Source: Okamejei kenojei (Eukaryota). From it: a stretch of DNA of 64,000 nucleotides. Both the position numbers and the translations under genes were made by a program. This document shows positions 39,201 to 48,900 of this stretch, one piece after another. The stretch is from positions 81,344,001 through 81,408,000 of the forward strand of contig CM069131.1 in the NCBI GenBank assembly GCA_035221665.1. The letters are read 5' to 3'. Numbering within the stretch: the first letter of the stretch is position 1; every line of letters begins with the position of its first letter. The notes under the pieces are model-generated. The model was not told the DNA's origin. It saw only the letters and a list, made by a program, of their open reading frames with translations, and did not search any database.

Positions 39201-40539
39201 CTACCGTGGTCCATGGTCACTACCGACATATTCGAGTGGCGTGGAAAACGTTATCTGGTTCTCGTTGACTCTTATTCGGGCTGGTTCGAAATTGACCTAC
39301 TCCAAAACATCACATCCGACACAGTCATCCAAAAGCTGTCACGCCACTTCTCCATGCACGGCGCCTCTGCACGCCTCCTGTCAGATAACGGCAGTCAGTT
39401 CACCAGCCAGTGTTTCAAAAACGTTGCACAACGGTCGGATTTTCACCATGCCACCAGCAGTCCTGAATTTCCAGTCCAATGGACTCGCAGAACGGGCAGT
39501 CCGTAGCGCCAAACAATTAATGGAGCGCTCACACCGTGCTAAATCTGATGTATTCTTGGACCTGCTTAACTTATGGAACATCGCCCCGACCCAAAACTGG
39601 GGTCTCCAGCCCAACGCCTGATGTCTCGGCAGACCGGTGCTGCCCAGCCCGTGCCCCAGCAGCTGCTGCAGCCACAGATCAGTTCACCTCCTGCTGTCCA
39701 GAAACAATTCCAACTGAAATGCGATGCACAGAAGCTATTTTTTGACAAGTCCAGCAAACCACTTAAACCTCTCTCTAGTGGGCAAGTTGTTCGTCTTCAG
39801 ATCGACAAGGGCTATGGCCGTTTGGGGTACATCCACAGCCCTGCAAAAGAGCCGCACTCATACCTGGTAAGTGCCGACAGAGGAATTTACAAACACAATT
39901 GTCAACATCTCCTTCCTATGAAGGAACCACATCCTGCGGTCTCGTATCCAAGAGCCAAGCGTCTGATGTACCCTTCTACTGTCAGACTGTCTCTTCCCTT
40001 GTGCCCTGCTGCTGCAGATCTGCCACTGGCCATGTCCACTACGTTCTCACCGTAACGCTCGGCACCCTGCTCGCCGGCTTTGCCGTGTTCACCCCCGGTC
40101 TCTGGTGCTCTCCCCGCATGAGTCCCCGGTTACTTTCCCGGTGAAGGGAGGAGACGCGGATATATACCGCGCAGGACGGGTTTGTAGGCCACCCGTTAGG
40201 TACGGGGATTTTGTTTAAATCATCTGTACGTCCCTGTATGCGCTATTAATGTTTTGGGTACTGTATTATTCAGCCATCACATATTAGTGTGTTTATTCTC
40301 ATAGGTCACCTGCATTTAGATGTGCTTCATTTTTATTTCTACAAGGAAAGATGTAGATTGGTTACTTCACACTAACCAATGTAGTGCTTTATTATTAGAA
40401 GCTCTGCCTACCACACTGTTCATATTATCGTAACCCAACGTGCTGTCAGTCTATTGCTGCTACACAGCTAAAGCAACATGCTGTCGTGTAGTGCCTTTCA
40501 ATAAATAGCATGTTTGTGAGAATGACTGGGTCATTTACA
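36244..40539 (+). mobile_element. Gypsy LTR retrotransposon, internally deleted (RT end, RNase H, integrase)
   Basis: LTR starts TG(C/T)AGATTGGTTACTTCACAC at 36244 and 40352; PPT at about 40343-40351; 3' LTR ends TTACA at 40539; TSD CTAAT both sides. Motifs: CDASQCGLG, PVAYASRTL, YAQIEKELL, ETDHQPL, H..HPG, YWPGM, VDSYSGW, SDNGSQF. Confidence 0.92.
37416..39072 (-). mobile_element. Penelope-like element nested in the Gypsy integrase
   Basis: Minus ORFs 37857..38498 (YKPTDSHGYLDYTSSHP) and 37600..37935 (GIY-YIG). It splits the Gypsy integrase zinc finger between GVEATLQQA and SMFYWPGM; hammerhead-like terminus at about 37416-37513. Confidence 0.9.
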
Positions 40540-40745
40540 CTAATGACTAAAACTTGAGATGTTGGCAGAGCTATGTAGATAAGTATTTTAGCAAGAGTAA
40601 AGAAGTGGAATTGGGGAGAGTAGATCCGCTCTACCGAATACTAACAAACACATGCTACACACCATTCGGATATATAATCCAGTCCGGGTTTTACCATAGT
40701 CACCATATATTACTAACGCTTCCAGACGCTAGCGGTTAGTCGGGA

Positions 40746-41486
40746 TGTAGTCACAGTGGTGACTGCTTGTAGTATAAGTTTATTATATGCTAATAAACTT
40801 GTTGGATTGTTACTTGGCATATTTGTTAATAGCTCTACATGGTGTCAGAGTTTTTCGACCCATTCTGCTCCTAGTTTACCGTTTTTTTTTTTTCATTTTC
40901 ATTCCCCAGTATTTATTTTCCCCTTCCCACTTTATTATGGCTCAATTGTTTAAGACGCCCGACCCCCTAGTTTTTGATGCCGACCTCAATGAGCGTTGGC
41001 GGATTTTTGAAAGGGATTTCAACGTCTACATTCAAGATGCCCATCGTGGAGCGTCTCCAGACCAGATAGCTGCTGTACTTCTCAACGTCGTGGGATCTGT
41101 AGCTATTCAATGAGCTGAGCGGTTCTACCATGCCCCGGCTGTGATGGGTGACAACAATGAGGAGATCACCCCCCAAGAGTCTATAAACGACCCAGTCTTC
41201 TCGTCACCAGTGTCGACCCCCCGATCTCCAGTCTCACCACACCCGTCTCTCCGATCTCCTGTGCTTCAACAGCCCCCGGTCTCATAGTTCTCGCCGGTGA
41301 AGGATGGAGATGCGAGCTTGTAACGTATGCGAGCTTGTAACATAGTCCCCTTAGATACGGGGACTATGCTTAACCTGCTCCAGTGCTGAAGCGACTATCT
41401 ATTCTTATAGACGCCTGCTTGTAGTGTAACTTTATTACATGCTAATAAACTTGTTGGATTGTTACGGAGTATTTAATAGCTCTACA
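40746..41486 (+). mobile_element. Small internally deleted LTR element (gag remnant)
   Basis: Direct repeats ending TAATAGCTCTACA at 40839 and 41486; PBS TGGTGTCAGA at 40840; MAQLFKTPDPLVFDADLNERWRIFERDF is a Gypsy Gag N-terminus. Confidence 0.75.
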
Positions 41487-42224
41487 GGGTGTGAATATTG
41501 AAATTCAGTTCAAGACTGCAACATCTGCTCATTCTAAAAACAGACATGTCTGGTTCTTTCATGCTGAGATAAATAAACATCTTCATCCATAATTGAAAAC
41601 TATCAGGCTGAGTAGTAAGTCAGTCGAGGCAAACACTGGGAGTAGCCAGCATGTGAACAAGTAATGAGTGAAAAATCATTAACCACCAACGAGTAGGCAA
41701 GGGCTCAGTGGGACAATGTGGAATTAATCGGAAATGTCTGCAAGATCTCATCTGCACATGTTAAACCAACGAGGCAGGTCAGACACACAAGGAGAGTGAT
41801 GTTTACAAATGTGGTAAATGGAAATTGTTGAAACAACGTAAAAAGAACTCTCAATTAGATCCCACAGAGTTGTAACCTCCAATAAATAGCAGTCGATATA
41901 ACCAATCAAATGTAATCGTTAACGACATTCAATTTTCTGACCTGCGATCGTAGTTTCAAAATAAGAGAGGTCATTTTGGTGGGATACGAGTTTAAATTTC
42001 ACTCAGAGGATGGTACATTTTGGAAGGAAGTTCGAGAAGGTTGTGGAAACATGCCGTTGAATTAATTGATGACTTTCAGGACATTAATGGAATCAAAGGA
42101 TGTGTGGCTAGTACAAGAAAATAAAAATCAGTCACAATCCAGATGAATTATCTACAGCAAGATCTGGATCTGGATGTAGTACGCTGAAAAGCTCTAGGTG
42201 GAGCATCACTCAGCACTGGAAGTG

Positions 42225-42442
42225 GGACAATTTTATACTGGACAATTTTTACATTTTTTTATCAAGCCAATTAACCTACAAACCTGTACATCTTTGGAGT
42301 ATGGGAGAAAACCAACACAGATCACGGGGAGAACGTACAAACTCCAGACAGACAGCACCCATAGTTGGGATGGAACCTGGGTCTCTGGCGCTGCATTTTG
42401 CTGTAAGGCAGCAACTCTACGTCTGCGTCACCGTGACTGCCC
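42225..42442 (-). mobile_element. V-SINE (HE1-like)
   Basis: Core and head motifs on the minus strand. Confidence 0.78.
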
Positions 42443-42577
42443 AGCAACTAGACTGCCTGGTCTAGTTTCCCAAAACAAGGATCAAGAAATTCCACTTAAA
42501 TACAAACATCTGTGGTAGACTCAAGTATCTCAGAAAGGGACTGGTTGCAATAACAACTCGAGAATCGGCAAATTAAT

Positions 42578-42792
42578 ATAAGGTCATAAGGGATAGAAGT
42601 AGAATTAGGCCATTCGGCTCATCAAGTCTACTCCGCCATTCAATCATGGCTGATCTATCGCTCCCTCCTAATCCCATTCCCCTGCCTTCTCCCCATAACC
42701 TCTGACACCTGTACTGATCAAGAATCTATCTATCTCTGCCTTAAAAGTGTCCACTGACTTTGCCTCCACAGCCTTCTGTGGCAAAACATTCC
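42578..42792 (-). mobile_element. CR1 3' end
   Basis: CR1 3' UTR similar to the copy at 1360-1540. Confidence 0.8.
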
Positions 42793-43327
42793 TAACCTGC
42801 TGAGCCATTTACTTTCCAATATGAAAATCTCAAATTACTTTGTTACGACAAGCAATATTTCTGACTCCAAAATGTTTGCTCATTGTTGTAAATGAGAACT
42901 CCGATTTTTTGTTGTTGTAATGTCTTGTGATGTCTATTATGACATAATGCAGTTGGTGTGTGAAATGGAAGTGGGAAGAAATGTTGAGAAAATGGATTCA
43001 GGTTTCGGGTGAATTGTTAATTATTAACATGGCGACTTCAGAACAGGCCTTGGACAAAGTTTCAAAGCAATACTTCAAAAACCACTACCATTTGTACATA
43101 GTATTTTGTTGCTTTCACAGATCAGTACCATCAGAAGCAGTTTATTTTGCACACAGACATCTCAATAAAATCCGTAGGGGTAATTTGCCGTTCAAATTGC
43201 TAAATTGGGTTACTTGGGTGAAAATGTCTAAAGCATCTGAACAGATCATTATAAATGATATTAATTTCACAATGATTAAATAAGTCTTTGCGCTTATGAC
43301 TCAACAATTCATGAATTTAATACTTAC

Positions 43328-43384
43328 CCATCTGCTAATGGTTTTGGTGGAAACATTGTCAATGTCTTCACTGAATTCATTCAT
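43328..43384 (-). CDS. BOD1L1-like protein, 57-nt exon
   Basis: CTCTCCTTGCAGGAATAG| MNEFSEDIDNVSTKTISRW |GTAAGT; phase 0-0 fits both neighbouring exons. Confidence 0.6.
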
Positions 43385-43589
43385 CTATTCCTGCAAGGAG
43401 AGTTTGGGTGGCCAGGGATGTTAGTAATTCTGGCCTGCTTAAACCAGGTTGAATTCAAATTAAGCAGCAAATTTGGTGAAGGAGCAACAAATTTAAATTA
43501 ACTAAAAATTTGAAGCAGCAGTAAATTTTCATTAGATTTAAATTACGAGTTGAATCCAATCATAAAGATTTAAAATGATTTGCACTTCC

Positions 43590-44960
43590 CTATGGAAGAG
43601 GTTATGATTAATATAGGTTTGCAAAAATTAATGTTTTTTGAGGAGGTAACAAAGGTGATATGTGCGGGCAGTGGATGTTGCCTATATGGACTAGGCTAAG
43701 GCATTTGATGAAGTCCCTCATGATGAGCTGATCCAGAGACCTACGCATTACCAGAGATCTATGCATTAGACCCACGGCGACTTGGTTGTTTGGATTCAAA
43801 ACCAACTTACTCAAATAAGACAGAAGGTTGTGGTTAAAGGGTGTTATTCTGGCTGGAGGTCTGTTTCCAGTGCAGTTCTGCAGGATCTGTGCTTGGACCG
43901 CTTTTGTTTGAGATACATATAAACGTCTTGGATGTAAATGTAGATAGTTTCGTTTGTACGCCTACAGATAACTTCAAAATTGGTGAAGCTGCGGACAGTG
44001 AGGATGACTGTCAAAGGATACAGCAGTATGTAGATCAGCTACAGAAAAGGCAGATGGAGTTTAATCGGAGCATGTGTGAGGTGCTGCACTTTGGGAGGTC
44101 GAATATATGAGGAAATTACACAGTTCATGGAAAGACCATAAAGAACACTGATGTACAGAGGGATCTTGGGGGCCAAGCCCATAACTCCTTGAAAGTAGCA
44201 AACAAGTATGCTAATTGTATACATTAGGTATGTAGCAAATAAGTTAAATGTGCCTAGTCACATGTAACAATAAAGTATTCCATTCCATTCAAGTAGATAT
44301 GAGCAGTAAAGAAGGCATATGGTATGCTTGCCTTCGCTGATCGGGTCATTGAGTATAGGAGTTAGGAATTCTTTTTACAACTTTATAGGACATTGGTTAG
44401 GCAATAATTGGAGTATTGTATGCAGTTCCAGTCGCCCCAATACAAGAAGGATGTGAAGGCTTTGGAGAGGGTGCAAAAGAGGCTAATTAGAATGCAGGTC
44501 AGATTAGAAGGTATTGGCTATAAGGAAAGGTTGGACAAACATAGATTATTTTCTCAGGAACATCAGAGACTGAGGGGAGACCAAACAGAAACATATACAA
44601 CTATGAGAGGTATAGAAAGGGGAGGTAGAATCTTTATCCCGCAAGATGGAATTGTCAAAGACTAGAGGGCACAGCTTTAGATTGGGAGGCACAACATTTA
44701 AAGCAGATGCACAGGGCAAATTGTTTATTTAAACATAGTCATGGTGGACTGGTGGATGCCTGGAATGCGATGTAAGGAGCATTGATAGAAGCATGTATGA
44801 TAGTGGCATTCAAGAGGTTTTCAGATCAACACATTGGACAGGCAGGGAATTGGGGGGAGTTGGGGGGGGGGGGGGGGGAAAGAATATGGATCATTTGCAG
44901 ACAAAAATAAGTTTAGCTTGTCATCTTCAGCATGGACATTATGGGCTGAAGGTCCTGCCC
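43590..44960 (+). mobile_element. Old CR1 LINE (RT to 3' end)
   Basis: AFDEVPH, GSVLGPLLF, EYCMQFQSPQYKKDVKALERVQKR. Confidence 0.85.
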
Positions 44961-45238
44961 ATGGGTGTGCATTTTAAAGGTTTTGAAACAATTGAGAGAC
45001 TGGATTCAAATGATTGCTGATTCAATTTGTCAACAGTGGAAGCATGAAACCTAGATAATGGAAACTATAAAAAGGATATGGGATAGAGATAGTGGTACAG
45101 TTGAAGCAATGGTGCCAGCACAATGGTTCTTATAACCTCCTGTTATTGGAAAAAGCAGGCAACATACTAGATGGACACAGCATGGAAGAGGAGATACATT
45201 TTTTTTCCACAGACTTGTAAACTTTCCAAAATACTTAC

Positions 45239-45312
45239 AACATCTTCATCTTTCAATTCACTTTTGGCACTTGTGTTGATTTCAGGCAGGACATCCTGGT
45301 GTACTGGCAATT
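45239..45312 (-). CDS. BOD1L1-like protein, 74-nt exon
   Basis: TTCATGTAG| ... GTT|GTAAGT; phase 1-0, ELPVHQDVLPEINTSAKSELKDEDV; phase matches the donor of the large exon. Confidence 0.68.
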
Positions 45313-47409
45313 CTACATGAATGGGTAAAGACATTAAGAAAACTTATGATAGCATTATTAGTTGTCATTCTCTCAACCATAAATTCACACAAAATAATCA
45401 TCTATATGGAGGGGAAAAACCCCCAAAGTGCTAGAGGAACTCAGTAGATCAGGCAGTATCTATGGAGGGAATGGTCAGATGGTATTTAAGGTCGAGCTCC
45501 TTCAGACATGGAGTGGACGAGGGGAAAGCTGGAAGAGAGATGGGGATGAAGCAAAGCAGGCAAGTGATAGATATACAGTGCCCTTCATAGTTTTTGGGAC
45601 AAAGACCCATCAATTATTCATTTGCCTCTTATTCCACAATTTGAGATTTGTAATAGAAAAAAATCACATGTGGTTAAAGTGCACATTGTCAGATGTTATT
45701 AAAGGGTATTTTATGTAGAAATTACAGCTGTGTTTATACACAGTCCCCCCCATTTCAGAGCACCATAATTGTTAGGTATGTAATAGAAATGGTGTTACCT
45801 GCCTCCAAGTTAAAGGGGGAGGAGTGTTAGATATATAATATAATTAGCACATGTGATGTCTTGTGCAAGGACGCATGCGCAGAGAGACTCAAGGTGGCGT
45901 CCTGGAATAAAGAAGCTTGTTAGTGTACTCCAGTGTCTGAGTGTTATTTTAAGTCTGTTCCAAGCACCCAAATACACAACAATTGGTGATGAGGATAAAA
46001 GAACAGAAAATAACAAGGACAGCCAAGGAAAACGAAAACAAGTTAAAATAGAGGTTGTATTTGGAAACAAAGTGGAACAGCACCAAGCAAAACGATTTGG
46101 CGCCAAATGGTTTTGAATTGGCGCCAAAGAAAAAAAACGGTTGGAACGGGAAGCAAGAGCACAAGGAAGACAAGCGGGGCAGTAAGGGCCACCGAGCGCA
46201 GCTGGAAGCTAGGAGCGACCGTGTCAACTTACCTGGAACGTTTTCTACAGTTGTGCAGCCCACAGCCAGGCCCAAGCAGCAGCCATAGACGTCAGGTGAG
46301 GGCCTAGTACCGTGTAGGCCACGGACAGGTCCGGAGAAGCCACCGACGAAAGCCGAGTCTTCAGCCCGGCTGGGAGCAGTCAGCCCGGTGGGGGGAGAAA
46401 GCAGAGAAAGCCCGGTTGGGAGCAGAGTCAGCCTGACCGTGAGCAAAAAAGAGGGTCTGACTGCGTAAGAGAAGCGGACCGGCCGAGTGGGAATGCTGAC
46501 CGCGAGAGAGAAGCGGACCCGGCCCCGAGAGAGAAGCGGGACACAGCATTTACCCAGTCCCCGATGGCAGGGCACAGACCCGACGAGCCGAGCAGCCAGG
46601 CGGGCCATGGTGCCAGAGCAGCAGAGACGGGCCAGAGAGCCAGCGACGAGCGAGCAGCGGGTCTAGCAGAGGCCAGGCGGGCCGAGGAGCCAGCGACGAA
46701 CCGAGCAGCGGGGCCCAGCAGAGCGAGGCTGCTCTGTGGAGCCTCGACGGGCAGAGCAGAGGGGAGCCAGAGACTTACCTTCCACAGGGCGTCCACGGGA
46801 GACAGCAGGCAAGTTAGCGGAGCAGCGGGAGTAGACTTGGCAGCGAGCCAGCGGAGGCAACAGCAACGGCGGAGCCAGCGGAAGCTGCGGAGGTCCGGAG
46901 TGGCTAGCAGTATTTAAAAGTAATGGTGAGGGCCGGGGGAGCCAGCGAAAGTAGCAGCGGAGCTCCGGTGAGGCCAGCAACAAAAGCAACAGTGTCCTTG
47001 GGAGAAGCTCTGGAGAATCTGAGAGGTCGAGGATGCACCAGAGTCCGAAGACCGACAAGCTGGACCGGTGGAATCTTTCAAAGTAAAATCTCGACCGGTG
47101 AAATCCTTCACAATAAAAGCACTGGTTGAATGTAATGTATTGTTCACTATTCCTTCACAGTAAAAGCAGGACTGTTTGGATGGAATGCATTGGCCACTGA
47201 TATTAATAGTAAATCTGTGTGCATAGGAATATGGTTTAAAATGTTCTAGTTGGCTATTAACATGAAATGTTGGTTAATAGTATAAAGTTATTATAATAAT
47301 ATTAAGTAATAGTCAGTAGAATGTTAAAGCATTAAGTCCAAGGCAGAAAACACAGTGAGAGAACAGAATATAGGGCACCTGAATAATAACAGTTAGCGTG
47401 GCTTTTCAA

Positions 47410-47733
47410 ATGGCAGGAAAGTTGCCCCTGTTAGATTCTGGGTGTAATTTTGTGAAATGAACTGATGTCTTGGAGGCTTCGTTCATTTCCAATGATATCA
47501 CTGGAGAGAAGAGAGATTGGTTCATAGTAAGCTTAGGAAGAGAGGGTTATCACACCTTACGTACGTTACTGCGGCCAGCAAAGCCCACGGATAAAACGTA
47601 CGAGGAGTGTAAGGAGGCATTAACTCATTTCTCGCCAAAACCTCCAAGGGCATCCAGAGGCAAGGAGCCTGAACTAAAGAGGGCTCCCTCAACTAGGGAA
47701 TCCCTCAAAGGACAAACGGGAAGTGTAAAGTGA
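47410..47733 (+). pseudogene. Gypsy Gag N-terminal region
   Basis: MAGKLPLLDSGCNFVK*TDVLEASFISNDITGEKRDWFIVSLGREGYHTLRTLLRPAKPTDKTYEECKEALTHFSPKP matches the common Gag pattern F..NDI...G...Y..LR.LL.P.KP.DK..EE...L..HFSPKP. Confidence 0.78.
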
Positions 47734-47857
47734 CAAAAGTCAAGGGCAAAGTGACAGAAGTCAAGGACAAAGTGACAAAAGTCAAGTACCAAGTGACGAA
47801 GGTCAAGTGCAAAAGGCCAAAGGTAAAAGGCAAAGGAAAAAAAGTCAAAGGGAAATT

Positions 47858-48900
47858 GCTATCCAAAGGGCAACCGTAACTATTCAAGCTGCATTCAAGG
47901 GTATGAAGGTACGGAGAGATCCGGAACAAACAGAAGGCAGCAACAGTAATACAAGCAGTATTTAGAAGGCACAGAGTATACCATCTATACAAGGCAATGT
48001 GATTGGCAGCTATAATAGTACAAACCCATTATAGGGCACACCTTCAAATGGAAAGTGATTGCAAGACTTACATGAAGGTACGCAGCAGAGTTGTGCTGCT
48101 TCAGACTGCCTACCGAGGAATGGTTGTTCGAAAGCAATTGCGGTGCATGCACAAATCTGCCTAGGTCATACAGATTATAATCAGATGCATAAACAGTGCC
48201 AGTATTTCAAGAAACTACGCTGGTCTGCCATTGCTGTACAGCAACGATACAGAGCTTGCCAGATAAGAGATGTCCACGTGAGACATTATAATAGTTTGAG
48301 AAAAACAGTGGTTTGTATCCAGGCCTTCTACCGCGGGATTAAAGCCAGAGAATTGGTTGAGAAAATCAAGGCAGCATGCCATATTAAATCATTCATAATG
48401 ATGTGTATTACAAGAAAACGTTTCTTGATGCAAAAGGCGGCTGTAGTCACTCAGCAAGCTGCATACCGTGGTTACCGATCAAGGATATGCTACAGAGCTA
48501 TGCGACAAGCAATCATTTCGATCCAGAGATGGGTACAAAGTATGCAAAATAGGGCATTCCCAGTTTGTGCAATATCAGTCAATGAGGTATGCAACTATTA
48601 CCATTCAGGCTGCCGACAAGAGTATGGTGGTTAGGTAGTGGGTTAAGCAAAAGAGGGCTACTATAAAAGTGCAGTCAGTACTCTGTATGAGTTGGTATAG
48701 GAAAGACTTAAGAAGACAAATAGAGGCACAATAGAAAAGGCTTAAACGATACAAAAGGCTTAAAAGATATAGGAAAGACTTCCTCAAACTGAATCATACC
48801 TTGCTTATGAAGCACGAAAACTATACAGAGCACAAATCAAAACCACTGTTGTATTGCAAAGACAATATAGATCCTATTTCTTGATGAAGAACCAGAAAGG
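47858..48900 (+). pseudogene. ASPM: ASPM-like IQ-motif repeat fragment inside the LTR element
   Basis: Tandem IQ motifs: TIQAAFKGMKVRR, VIQAVFRRHR, IVQTHYRAH, LLQTAYRGMVVRK, AVQQRYRA, CIQAFYRGIKAR, QQAAYRGYRSR, SIQRW, TIQAA, VLQRQYRSY; spacing and wording as in ASPM; a few stops and frameshifts. Confidence 0.82.

Noticed and set aside
45949-47129. Overlapping GC-rich ORFs in the LTR element leader
   Set aside because: No recognisable domain; explained by stop-codon scarcity in GC-rich sequence.
47728-47810. CRISPR-like array
   Set aside because: Contiguous tandem units without unique spacers, in eukaryotic DNA with no cas genes.
48059-48634. IQ-rich ORF as an exon of the real ASPM gene
   Set aside because: It is enclosed by LTRs with a TSD, has stops and frameshifts, and no other ASPM exons (ASH or CH domains) occur in the window.
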